Notes: generated from the sequence alone by a model not told the origin. Positions 46,543-55,046 are shown, counted from the stretch's first letter. The stretch is 64,000 nucleotides of DNA from Thermoplasmatota archaeon (GCA_046498345.1 JAWOAW010000017.1:526-64525), one strand, 5' to 3'. Numbers and translations are program-made.

Positions 46543-46740
46543 ATGCCGATCGTCGAGATAAAGGTATGGGAAGGATTTGGAGCGGACAACGCACGGCAGG
46601 TCATCGAAGAGGCAACCGCGATGTTCGAGCGCAGGGGCATCCCCCCTGAAGCGGTCGAGGTCGTGGTCACCGAGGTACCGAAGACGCATTGGGGCATCGG
46701 AGGGATGCCTGCTTCGAAACGGTTTGCGGGAGAGGACTGA
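46543..46740 (+). CDS. 4-oxalocrotonate tautomerase family protein
   Basis: 65 aa beginning MPIVEIKVWEG (catalytic Pro1 context). GGGAGGAGG RBS-like element upstream. Confidence 0.7.
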   Translation: MPIVEIKVWEGFGADNARQVIEEATAMFERRGIPPEAVEVVVTEVPKTHWGIGGMPASKRFAGED

Positions 46741-46742
46741 CC

Positions 46743-47621
46743 ATGTTCGGCAGCAAAGAAAAGGTCATGGAGAAGGTCAAAGGCCTGCCGTCCGGGGAGC
46801 CGTCGCCCTCGGGACGATACTGGTGTGTGACCTGTAAAAAGCTGTTCCGGCTGGACGAGCCGCGGTGCCCCTATATGCCCAGGATGTGTCTTAACACGCC
46901 CGTCGCCGTTGAAAACCTGCCGCCGGAGACAACGGAGGGGCTGGAGCGTTTCGGGCTGTTCTACCCGAAGATACCGCAGCGGCTGGCCGCGAGACTGATG
47001 CCGGACGGCGTGGAAGAAATCGCCGAGGGATGGGCCGACGGCTACCTTGCATTTCTAGAGGACTGGCACATCCATTACGAAAAGCAGCCATTGCAAACCC
47101 TGAAGAGCTTTATTATCATAGCCAGCGGATGCGAAACCGCACAGCGCGTCGGTGCCGATGCTATTACCTTCGTGGTCATGGACGCGGGTACGGTCTGGGA
47201 CCGGGATGTGCTGTTCAGGCTCCTGGAGCATGCGGTACCCCGTCTGGCTTCGCAGCTCGGGATTTCGAGGCGGATACGATTCGACGACGTAGCCATCCTG
47301 GGTGACAGCCCGATGGGACGGTATTTCTGTCCGATGTGCCAGAAATTTTTCGAATTTTCATTCCAGCGGGAGACGATTACCTGTCCATTGATGCCACAAA
47401 AATGCATGGCCACGCCGCGGGATATAAAGGACATCGATACGTCGGTTGAAGGTCTCGTGCACATGTACCAGGTGACGCCTGGTATCTACCGTCGATTTAT
47501 CGGGCTGTTGCCCGGTAAAGAAAACGGAAAGCAGATGGTGCGCGAAATGCTTGAAGAAGACTGGAATCTGTCCGTTGATGACGCAGTACTGGAGAAGATA
47601 TCGACGCTGCTGGGGATGTAG
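46743..47621 (+). CDS. Hypothetical protein with an internally duplicated Cys motif (two copies of CxxC...CPxMPxxC.xTP)
   Basis: YWCVTCKKLFRLDEPRCPYMPRMCLNTP (N-terminal) and YFCPMCQKFFEFSFQRETITCPLMPQKCMATP (about 180 aa later). Start at MFGSKEK, 3 nt after the tautomerase stop. Confidence 0.5.
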   Translation: MFGSKEKVMEKVKGLPSGEPSPSGRYWCVTCKKLFRLDEPRCPYMPRMCLNTPVAVENLPPETTEGLERFGLFYPKIPQRLAARLMPDGVEEIAEGWADGYLAFLEDWHIHYEKQPLQTLKSFIIIASGCETAQRVGADAITFVVMDAGTVWDRDVLFRLLEHAVPRLASQLGISRRIRFDDVAILGDSPMGRYFCPMCQKFFEFSFQRETITCPLMPQKCMATPRDIKDIDTSVEGLVHMYQVTPGIYRRFIGLLPGKENGKQMVREMLEEDWNLSVDDAVLEKISTLLGM

Positions 47622-47691
47622 CGACGCGATTGCGTGGGCGCAGATGATCCTCCCGGATGGCTGGCGGCCACCGTACGAAGACACCATTCTT

Positions 47692-47760
47692 ATTTCAAAA
47701 TAAGTTTAAATGAAAAAGCTTTTATACCTGCCCGACATACCATTTCAAAATAGGTTGAAA
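47692..47760 (+). promoter_or_regulatory. Two operator-like repeats (ATTTCAAAATAAGTTTAAA at 47692-47710 and ATTTCAAAATAGGTTGAAA at 47742-47760) flanking a TATA box (GCTTTTATACC at 47717-47727) upstream of the ars island
   Basis: Direct repeat of a 19-mer, each with an internal TTCAA-N7-TTGAA imperfect palindrome. The second copy sits where the transcription start is expected. Confidence 0.5.
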
Positions 47761-47770
47761 CAGTGATGCC

Positions 47771-48853
47771 ATGATGGAAATAGCCCAGGCCGGCATCGAC
47801 ATGCTGGCAAGCTACCTGTCCGAGCACGTGCTCACCTGCCTCATCCCGGCGTTTTTCATAGCCGGGGCCATCGCCGCCTTCGTCTCAAAGCAGAGCATCC
47901 TCCGATACTTCGGGGCGCAGGCCAAAAAATACGTCTCCTATTCCATCGCATCCGTCTCAGGGGCCATCCTGGCGGTCTGCTCGTGCACCGTCCTTCCCTT
48001 GTTTGCAGGCATCTACAAGCGTGGGGCGGGCATCGGCCCAGCATCGGCCTTCCTGTACTCCGGGCCAGCGGTCAACGTCCTGGCCATCGTGCTCACCGCC
48101 CGGATACTCGGCTGGCAGATGGGCGCCGCCCGGGCTCTCGCCGCCGTGACGATGGCCATCGTCATCGGGCTCGTCATGGCAACTGTGTTCAAGCAGCATG
48201 ACCGTGACACACAGTCCAACCCCGACTTCCAGTACCAGGCGAGCGACGACGACGAAAAACGGTGGCCGTCGCTCACCGTCTTCGTTGCCCTCGTCGCCAT
48301 TCTGGTTGTTGCGACCACCGGCATCTCCTGGATGACCAAGTTCCCCATCATATATGCGCTCACCATCCTCATCGCCGTCCTCCTCATATTCTACTACAGC
48401 CGGACGGAGGTCAAAGAATGGGGCAGCCAGACCTGGTTCCTGACCAAGCGCATTTTCCCCGTTCTGCTGGGCGGCGTGTTCCTGGTCGGCGTCATCGGCG
48501 GCGTCGCAGCGCAGTTCGTCGATGCGCCGGCGGAGGAAGCGGTCGGCGTGCTGGTCAAGGACTACATCGGCGGGAACAGCCTCACCTCCTGCTTCACCGC
48601 ATCGGTCATCGGCGCCGTGCTGTACATGCCGACGCTGCTGGAGGTTCCCATCGTCAACGACCTGTTCGGCTTTGGCTCTGGTATCATGGGAGCCGGACCG
48701 GCGCTGGCATTGCTCCTCGCCGGGCCCTCGCTGAGCCTGCCCAACATGGTGGTCATCGTCCGGGTGATGGGGCTCCGGAAGGCCGGGGTATACATTTTCC
48801 TGGTCGTCGTCATCTCAACCCTGGTGGGATACCTGTACGGAGGAATAGCATGA
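47771..48853 (+). CDS. ArsP-like (DUF318) permease
   Basis: Multi-TM permease with the conserved VCSCTVLP motif (cf. ArsP TPFcSCS..P). First gene of the ars cluster. Confidence 0.7.
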   Translation: MMEIAQAGIDMLASYLSEHVLTCLIPAFFIAGAIAAFVSKQSILRYFGAQAKKYVSYSIASVSGAILAVCSCTVLPLFAGIYKRGAGIGPASAFLYSGPAVNVLAIVLTARILGWQMGAARALAAVTMAIVIGLVMATVFKQHDRDTQSNPDFQYQASDDDEKRWPSLTVFVALVAILVVATTGISWMTKFPIIYALTILIAVLLIFYYSRTEVKEWGSQTWFLTKRIFPVLLGGVFLVGVIGGVAAQFVDAPAEEAVGVLVKDYIGGNSLTSCFTASVIGAVLYMPTLLEVPIVNDLFGFGSGIMGAGPALALLLAGPSLSLPNMVVIVRVMGLRKAGVYIFLVVVISTLVGYLYGGIA

Positions 48854-49245
48854 AGAAGTGTTGTTCTCTGGAAAACATAGATGTAGAGATCCCCGACATA
48901 ATCGAGCGGGAAATGGAAGCAAAGGGCGGCTTCGATGAGATATACCGGTCGCTGGCGAAGCATGACACGATGGCGATGGCCACCATGACAAAGGTGCTGG
49001 GCGACGAGAAACGGCTGACGATGCTCCTGGCGCTGGCCCGGCAGCGGATGTGCGTCTGCATGCTGGCGGAGCTGACCGGCTGCACCTACTCGAAATGCTC
49101 CTATCACATCGCCAGGCTAAAAGATGCCGGGCTGATAGAGCCGGAGCATCTCGGCAATTATCTCATCTACTCGCTCACCTCCCACGGTCGGGAGATAGTC
49201 GTCCTGCTGGAAAAAATATACGAAGCGGAGGAAAACCATGGATGA
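48850..49245 (+). CDS. arsR: ArsR/SmtB family arsenite-responsive repressor
   Basis: HTH with the classic As(III)-binding CVC motif (RMCVCMLAELTGC) and an N-terminal KKCC. ATGA overlap with the permease stop. Confidence 0.8.
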   Translation: MKKCCSLENIDVEIPDIIEREMEAKGGFDEIYRSLAKHDTMAMATMTKVLGDEKRLTMLLALARQRMCVCMLAELTGCTYSKCSYHIARLKDAGLIEPEHLGNYLIYSLTSHGREIVVLLEKIYEAEENHG

Positions 49246-49462
49246 AACGGCCAAAGAACTAGCTGGCATAGCGGCCTCGATAGCCGGGCACTGCCGCCCG
49301 TGTTTTAGACATCATTTGAAGAAAGCAAAAGAGCTGGAGGTGCCAATGGATGACATCAATGAAGTAGTTATGTTTGCCAGAGACATCAGTGCAGCAGGCG
49401 ACGAGAAAATGTACGCCTTTGCATCCAAGCGCCTGCAACAAAAAAGAGGTGAAAACATATGA
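49238..49462 (+). CDS. Small AhpD-like (carboxymuconolactone decarboxylase family) protein
   Basis: 74 aa with the CxxC-H core (GHCRPCFRHH). Confidence 0.55.
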   Translation: MDETAKELAGIAASIAGHCRPCFRHHLKKAKELEVPMDDINEVVMFARDISAAGDEKMYAFASKRLQQKRGENI

Positions 49463-49827
49463 AAAAGATAGGCATACTGCCCTGCTCGGGGGCCTGCAAC
49501 GTGGGGATGCTGTCCACGAAGACGGTCGTACAAACGCTTGATGAAAGAGAGAATACAGATTTCGTCTGCGCCCTAGGACTCCCCCTGGGCATCGAAGGCA
49601 TCATACATCAGGGAAAAAGCAGCGACGGCTACATCGCGCTCAACGGCTGCCCGGTCAAATGCGCGAGCAAGGCACTCAAAAGCGCGGACATACCAGTCGA
49701 CAAAGAAATAGTCATCACCGAACGATATGGCATAAAAAAGAACAAGAATCTAAACAGCGAAGAAAAACTGGAGGACATCATAGCCGAGGTGAAGCGAATG
49801 GTTGATGAGATGCAAAAAGATAGCTAG
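49459..49827 (+). CDS. DGC-domain putative metal/zinc-binding protein
   Basis: ILPCSGACNVG N-terminus and ALNGCPVKCASKA (the DGC-motif region). Confidence 0.55.
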   Translation: MKKIGILPCSGACNVGMLSTKTVVQTLDERENTDFVCALGLPLGIEGIIHQGKSSDGYIALNGCPVKCASKALKSADIPVDKEIVITERYGIKKNKNLNSEEKLEDIIAEVKRMVDEMQKDS

Positions 49828-49843
49828 ATACAATGAGGAAAAA

Positions 49844-50083
49844 ATGAAGATAGAGATACTGGGAACCGGCTGCCCGAAATGCCGGTCAACGGAAAAAATG
49901 GTCAGGCAGGTCGTCGACGAGCTCGAGATGGACGTCGATATACAGAAAGTCGAAAGCATCGAGCAGATCATGGAGCGCGGGGTCATGATGACGCCCGCCG
50001 TGGCCATCGACGACGACATCAAAATCGTGGGACACGTGCCCGGAAAGGAGGAACTCACACGGCTGCTGGAGGAGGCCGGATAA
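49844..50083 (+). CDS. Thioredoxin-family small protein (redox-active disulfide protein 2 type)
   Basis: MKIEILGTGCPKC ... PAVAIDD. CxxC is CPKC. Confidence 0.75.
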   Translation: MKIEILGTGCPKCRSTEKMVRQVVDELEMDVDIQKVESIEQIMERGVMMTPAVAIDDDIKIVGHVPGKEELTRLLEEAG

Positions 50084-50084
50084 C

Positions 50085-50405
50085 ATGCGGCTGCTGGAGG
50101 AATGGTTCCCCGAGTTCGCCGGAGAACTGGACAAGATAGACGAGCTCTACCGGGAAAAACGAATGATCGACGAAAAAACCTACCAGTTCATCTGCTTCGC
50201 CCTGGCCATCCGCGGCCGGTCGGCACCCTGCGTCCGGAAGCACTTCAAGGCAGCGCTGGAGGCCGGCGCCACGCTCAAGGAGCTGGCGTACATCATGGCC
50301 CTGGTGTTCAGGGAGAGCGCGGGCAACGACGACTGCTGGGTCCACGACGTCCTCGACGACTACACGGAATTGATGAAAAACAATGTCCGATGCTGCCCGG
50401 AGTAG
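50085..50405 (+). CDS. Carboxymuconolactone decarboxylase family protein (AhpD-like)
   Basis: 106 aa: FICFALAIRGRSAPCVRKH (CMD core). Confidence 0.6.
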   Translation: MRLLEEWFPEFAGELDKIDELYREKRMIDEKTYQFICFALAIRGRSAPCVRKHFKAALEAGATLKELAYIMALVFRESAGNDDCWVHDVLDDYTELMKNNVRCCPE

Positions 50406-50412
50406 CGATAAC

Positions 50413-50820
50413 ATGAAGACGCTAGAAATAGAATGGCGGCATCTCGAGTTGGACGGCAGCACATGCATCCGCTGCTCCGGGACGGGGCAGAGCCTGCAGC
50501 AAGCCATCGCGGAGCTGGAAAAGGAGCTGCAGCCGCGGGGCGTCGAGCTGTCGTTCACGGAGACGACACTGCCGGAGGAAAAGCTCCCTCAGTCCAACCT
50601 GATTCTCATAGACGGCCAGCCGCTCGATGACGTTCTTGCCGGTGCAGAATCCGGTGAAAACTATTGCTCGTCGTGCTCCTGCCTGACCGGCAGAGACGCA
50701 TACTGCAGGACGGTATCCTACGACGGGGAAACATACGAGGAGATACCCGAGGAAATCATCCGGGAGGCGGTCTTCACCGCGCTGGACATGGACCCCGCCG
50801 GGGAGGAGACGAAAACATGA
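50413..50820 (+). CDS. DUF2703-like Cys-rich protein
   Basis: CIRCSGTG and CSSCSC motifs. Start at MKTLEIEW. Confidence 0.45.
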   Translation: MKTLEIEWRHLELDGSTCIRCSGTGQSLQQAIAELEKELQPRGVELSFTETTLPEEKLPQSNLILIDGQPLDDVLAGAESGENYCSSCSCLTGRDAYCRTVSYDGETYEEIPEEIIREAVFTALDMDPAGEETKT

Positions 50821-51353
50821 AACACCTGGCAGCCATCCTCATAGCGGTGCTCCTCCTGGCCATGATGGGCGGCTGCCTGGAAGATAATGGAGGCAGCTCG
50901 TCCGACTACACGATAACCCATTCCGTCGGGACGGGAAGCACCGACTTCTGGACGGGATATCCCGCGGGGCATCCACGCAGCGGGGAGAACATTTCTCATC
51001 CCCAGTGGGTGCACGACAGGCTGGAAGATAGACCCCTGCTTATCCTGGCGCACAGCACCGACTGCCAGCCCTGCATCGTACAGCAGTCGGACCTAGAAGC
51101 GGTGCTCCCAGACTACCGGAACCAGATAGAATACGTGGACCTTCTGACCGACGGCAGCGACCCCCGGGCCATGGACGTCTACAACACCTATTACCCTCGG
51201 AGCGGACAATGGTACATCCCGCTCACCGTCCTCGTCTCCCGGGCATCCGTCGAGGGAGAGCAAACAATCATCTGGCACGGCAAGGTGAGCACCACCGGCA
51301 AGGACTGGCTGCGCACCTACATCGAGGATGCCATCGCATACTATGAAGGATAG
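50817..51353 (+). CDS. Secreted thioredoxin-fold lipoprotein (TlpA/ResA-like thiol-disulfide oxidoreductase)
   Basis: Signal plus lipobox-like LAMMGGC; CQPC active site (HSTDCQPCIVQ). ATGA overlap with the upstream gene. Confidence 0.6.
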   Translation: MKHLAAILIAVLLLAMMGGCLEDNGGSSSDYTITHSVGTGSTDFWTGYPAGHPRSGENISHPQWVHDRLEDRPLLILAHSTDCQPCIVQQSDLEAVLPDYRNQIEYVDLLTDGSDPRAMDVYNTYYPRSGQWYIPLTVLVSRASVEGEQTIIWHGKVSTTGKDWLRTYIEDAIAYYEG

Positions 51354-51357
51354 AAAC

Positions 51358-52701
51358 ATGAAGACAAAGAACATCGTTATTCCCGTTGCCGGTCTCGTTG
51401 CCGTTCTTGCCCTCATCGTCCTGCCGACGCTTTCCCATGGAGAAGAGTTTTCCCCGGCCCCTGATTTCACGGCTGAAGCCGTGGACGGCCGGACGTTCTC
51501 GCTGAATGAGAGCCAGGGCAACGTGACCATCCTGCACGTGCAGAACTTCGAGAACCCCATCTGCATCGAATGCGAAAAAGAGCTCCGCGGGCAGATAGAG
51601 GCGCTGGCTGATCTGTCGGCAATGAGCCACGGCAATCTCTCCATCGTGACGCTCAACCTCCGCAAAAATCCCTCCTCCGACGACGGCAAAACGCTGGCCG
51701 AGCGCTGGTACGATATAAACGTGAGCTGGTACTGGATAGAGGAGGAAGCACCCTACCAGGTGGCCGACGACTACCGGGAATATTGGACCGTGGACGGCGC
51801 CTTCGCCAACCCTACCCTCATATTAATCGGTCCCTCGCTGGACGTCATGGGCGTCTACCACGTCTACCGGATGGGAGCCGGGAAACTGGACGGCGTTCAG
51901 CCGGCGACGTCGCTGGCCGACGACGTCGAACAGATATTACAGGGAAACTGGACGACCTTCAAGGGAGAAACGAGCAGCCGGGACATCACCTTCCTGGGCA
52001 TGTTCGGGCTGGGCGTCATCACCGCGCTTTCCCCCTGCTCCATTGCCCTGCTCATCTCCATGATATCCTACGTGGGAGCAACGGCGAGTGGCACGGGAAC
52101 CAAGAGGGAGAGCTTCCGGGGGTTTGGCATGGGCGTGGTCTTTACGCTGGGGATGGCCCTGGTGTTCTTTTTCATCGGGCTGCTGATCTCGTATGCCGGA
52201 TTTTTCGTGGAGATGTCCTCTCTGTTTTATCTCATCGCCGGAGCCATACTTTTCATCTTAGGCGTCAACATCGTGTACCCGTTGAAGGATATGCTGGCAC
52301 CGCTCCTAAAAAAGAGGGACGGTGGGCAAAACATCATGGAGAAAGGCGGACGAGTCTTTGAAAGCCTGAGTAAAAGGTCGCTCGTTCTCGGCGCCTTTTT
52401 CCTGGGCATTCTTTTCGCCGTTGGATGGGCGCCCTGCGCCATCTCGCTGGTCATGCCCGTGTTCATCCTGGTGCTGGCTCAGAAGACGTCGCTGCTGATG
52501 GGTGGTCTGCTGCTCTTCGTGTTCGGCCTCGGGCACGGCGTGCCCGTCATCCCGCTCACCACGCTGACCAGGGGTATGCGCGCCAGGGTGGGAAACGCCT
52601 ATGTGACGGCCGGCCGCTACATCCAGAAGATATTCGCCGTGGCCATCCTGATCATCGCGGTGGTGTTCATGCTCCGCTACTTTGGGATACGGTTGTGGTA
52701 G
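51358..52701 (+). CDS. Fusion of a periplasmic thioredoxin-like domain (CIEC) with a CcdA/DsbD-type transmembrane thiol-disulfide transporter domain
   Basis: N-terminal signal anchor plus TlpA-like domain (FENPICIECEKE). C-terminal 6-TM domain with the two conserved Cys (ALSPCSIALL and GWAPCAISL). Confidence 0.75.
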   Translation: MKTKNIVIPVAGLVAVLALIVLPTLSHGEEFSPAPDFTAEAVDGRTFSLNESQGNVTILHVQNFENPICIECEKELRGQIEALADLSAMSHGNLSIVTLNLRKNPSSDDGKTLAERWYDINVSWYWIEEEAPYQVADDYREYWTVDGAFANPTLILIGPSLDVMGVYHVYRMGAGKLDGVQPATSLADDVEQILQGNWTTFKGETSSRDITFLGMFGLGVITALSPCSIALLISMISYVGATASGTGTKRESFRGFGMGVVFTLGMALVFFFIGLLISYAGFFVEMSSLFYLIAGAILFILGVNIVYPLKDMLAPLLKKRDGGQNIMEKGGRVFESLSKRSLVLGAFFLGILFAVGWAPCAISLVMPVFILVLAQKTSLLMGGLLLFVFGLGHGVPVIPLTTLTRGMRARVGNAYVTAGRYIQKIFAVAILIIAVVFMLRYFGIRLW

Positions 52702-52767
52702 GAAAAGAGAGGTGATTGCATACCTGATGAAAAGCTGGGTTTTTTTGAGCGGTATCTGAGCCTCTGG

Positions 52768-53763
52768 GTGGCACTGTGCATCGTTGCTGGCGTTGTTATT
52801 GGAACAGTGTTTCCCTGGTTCCCGGACATGCTGGACGGGCTGCAGTATGCACGGGTGTCGCTGCCCGTCGCCGTATTGATATGGCTGATGATATACCCCA
52901 TGATGGTCCGGGTGGATTTTTCGAGCATTCTCGAGGTCACCCGGAAGCCGCGGGGGCTGCTGGTTACCTGGGTGACCAACTGGCTGATAAAGCCATTCAC
53001 CATGTACCTGTTTGCGCTGCTGTTCTTCACATATGTATTTGCCGACTTTATCAGCCCGTCGCTGCAGGACCAGTACATCGCGGGGGCCGTGTTTCTCGGG
53101 GCGGCGCCCTGCACGGCCATGGTGTTCGTGTGGAGCTATCTGAGCAGGGGCGATGCGAGCTACACGCTGGTGCAGGTGGCCAGCAACGACCTCATCATCC
53201 TTGTCGCCTATGTCCCCATCGTGTCGTTTCTCCTGGGCATCAGCGGGCTATCTGTGCCCTATGACACGCTGGTGCTCTCCGTGGTATTGTTCGTGGTCAT
53301 CCCGCTCGCGCTGGGCTACCTCACTCGAACATGGGCGCTGAAGCGCAAAGGCAAAGCATGGCTGAACCGCGTATTCCTCCGGCGGATGCACACGGTCACC
53401 ATCATCGGGCTGCTGCTCACCCTGGTCATCCTGTTTTCGTTCCAGGGCGAGAAAATCCTTGACAACCCGCTGCACATTGCGCTCATCGCGGTGCCGTTGA
53501 CCATCCAGACCTACGTCATCTTCGGGCTGGCCTATGGCTGGAGTTTCCTCTGGCATTTGCCGCATCGCATCGCTGCGCCGGCGGCGATGATCGGGGCCAG
53601 CAATTTTTTCGAGCTGGCCGTGGCGGTCGCCATCTCCGTCTACGGGCTGGGCTCGGGAGCGGCGCTGGCCACCGTGGTCGGCGTGCTGGTGGAGGTCCCC
53701 GTCATGCTGAGCCTGGTCGCCGTGGCCAATCGGACCCGCGGCCGGTTCAGGGAGGATGTATGA
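52768..53763 (+). CDS. acr3: ACR3-family arsenite efflux transporter, with its 5' end disrupted or shifted at a T7 homopolymer
   Basis: ACR3 signatures throughout (LWVALCIVAGVVIG, MIYPMMVRVDF). The in-frame codons upstream of the GTG at 52768 read EKLGFFERYLSLWV, with no start codon. The only ATG (52727) is in the +1 frame and reads MKSWVF before a stop. Confidence 0.8.
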   Translation: MALCIVAGVVIGTVFPWFPDMLDGLQYARVSLPVAVLIWLMIYPMMVRVDFSSILEVTRKPRGLLVTWVTNWLIKPFTMYLFALLFFTYVFADFISPSLQDQYIAGAVFLGAAPCTAMVFVWSYLSRGDASYTLVQVASNDLIILVAYVPIVSFLLGISGLSVPYDTLVLSVVLFVVIPLALGYLTRTWALKRKGKAWLNRVFLRRMHTVTIIGLLLTLVILFSFQGEKILDNPLHIALIAVPLTIQTYVIFGLAYGWSFLWHLPHRIAAPAAMIGASNFFELAVAVAISVYGLGSGAALATVVGVLVEVPVMLSLVAVANRTRGRFREDV

Positions 53764-54146
53764 AAAAGATATTGTTCGTCTGCGTGGAAAACGCCTGCCG
53801 CAGCCAGATGGCCCAGGGGTTCTGCACCGCGCTGGCCGACGATGTCGAAGCGGAGAGCGCCGGCACGCAGCCGGCCGAGGAGGTGGATGATATCGCTGTA
53901 GCGGTCATGGCGGAGGCAGGCGTCGACATTTCCGGGCAGCGGCCGACGGCGATGACGGGGGAGATGAACGACCGGTTTGACATTATTGTGACGATGGGTT
54001 GCACCGATGGCTGTCCGATAACACCGAAGGAGAAAACCGTCGCCTGGAGCATTGAGGACCCGCGTGGTAAACCCGCCGGGGTCTATCGCAGGGTCAGAGA
54101 TGACATCCGGTGGCACGTTGAGCGGCTGCTTGCCGACATCCGCTAG
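53760..54146 (+). CDS. arsC: Arsenate reductase ArsC (LMW-PTP, thioredoxin-coupled type)
   Basis: CX5R P-loop ILFVCVENACRSQMA and downstream Cys (GCTDGCPI). ATGA overlap with acr3. Confidence 0.85.
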   Translation: MKKILFVCVENACRSQMAQGFCTALADDVEAESAGTQPAEEVDDIAVAVMAEAGVDISGQRPTAMTGEMNDRFDIIVTMGCTDGCPITPKEKTVAWSIEDPRGKPAGVYRRVRDDIRWHVERLLADIR

Positions 54147-54655
54147 CTTTTTTCTCTGTCGCGCAGCCCGAGGATAATCTCTGCGGTCCACCGGGCGACG
54201 TCGGCTGCCACCTGCGGGCAGGTGTCCCGTGATGCATGATCGGAGAAGGCTGCGGCTTCATCTGCGTCGAGCAAGTCATATGTCCGTCCTAACACCTGCT
54301 GCTGCACGTCGCGGCAGACCGGAGACCCGTATTTTTTTGTGAAGCGGCTGTAGAGCCGCTGGCTGTGGACGAACACCCGTCGCTCTCCCTTTCCGGCTTT
54401 GAAGTCCTCGTAGCTTCTGCCCAGCACGGCGCCGATGGCCAGCATCCCACCGGCGAGGGCGCCGCAGGTGCCAGCCGTGGACAGCGCCGCTCCCCCGGCG
54501 AGGCCGTCGCTGGCCTGGATGACCTCGGGGCCGGCTATCCCGAGTGTTTCGTGGAGCGCTGCCAGGACACACTGGGGGCAGCTGCCGATGGTATGTTCGT
54601 ATTCTCTGGCGAGCGCTGCGGCTTTTCCAACTGGGCTGTGCTCGTCCGATGTCAT
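54143..54655 (-). CDS. C_GCAxxG_C_C family putative redox-active protein
   Basis: GSCPQCVLAAL ... AGTCGALAGGMLAIG ... CRD, the hallmark C/GCAxxG/C/C arrangement. Confidence 0.7.
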   Translation of the reverse strand: MTSDEHSPVGKAAALAREYEHTIGSCPQCVLAALHETLGIAGPEVIQASDGLAGGAALSTAGTCGALAGGMLAIGAVLGRSYEDFKAGKGERRVFVHSQRLYSRFTKKYGSPVCRDVQQQVLGRTYDLLDADEAAAFSDHASRDTCPQVAADVARWTAEIILGLRDREKS

Positions 54656-54695
54656 GGGTAGGACAAGCGGTGACGCTACTAATAGGTTCTGCCGG

Positions 54696-54809
54696 TCAGC
54701 AGCCCTGCTCGCGGACCATTTTTCTGAAGCAGTCCCGGTGCCAGTGTTTTCCGCTGCGCTGTACTCCCGTGCCTTCTATCTCCTGGTTGCAGTAGTCGCA
54801 GGTGGTCAT
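54696..54809 (-). CDS. Possible 37-aa zinc-ribbon micro-protein
   Basis: MTTCDYCNQEIEGTGVQRSGKHWHRDCFRKMVREQGC. Below the ORF-track cutoff. A CxxC...HxxxC arrangement. Confidence 0.25.
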   Translation of the reverse strand: MTTCDYCNQEIEGTGVQRSGKHWHRDCFRKMVREQGC

Positions 54810-54872
54810 TGTTCGTATAACGGAACGTGAGATTAAAAAAAGTGGGGCGCAACGCTTTTATATCCGCTGTGC

Positions 54873-54885
54873 TTAACAATTGTTG
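54873..54885 (+). promoter_or_regulatory. Palindromic operator-like site TTAACAATTGTTG (core AACAATTGTT) between TATA (CTTTTATATCC at 54855-54865) and the ATG of the small Cys-rich ORF
   Basis: Direct read. The same core appears at 55105-55116. Confidence 0.5.
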
Positions 54886-54893
54886 AGGATATC

Positions 54894-55046
54894 ATGAAAG
54901 TATATCTCTGTGGAGAAAAGGGCTGTTGCCCGAGCGTTGACGTCACGGACAGCGGCGTGACCATCGGTGAAGACGACAACACGTGTACACTGACCCACGA
55001 CCAGTTCGACAGCCTGAAGCAGAAAATAAAAGCCGGCGAGCTGTAG
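54894..55046 (+). CDS. 50-aa Cys-rich small protein (hypothetical)
   Basis: MKVYLCGEKGCCPSVDVTDSGVTIGEDDNTCTLTHDQFDSLKQKIKAGEL. It has its own TATA and a terminator-like hairpin. Confidence 0.4.
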   Translation: MKVYLCGEKGCCPSVDVTDSGVTIGEDDNTCTLTHDQFDSLKQKIKAGEL

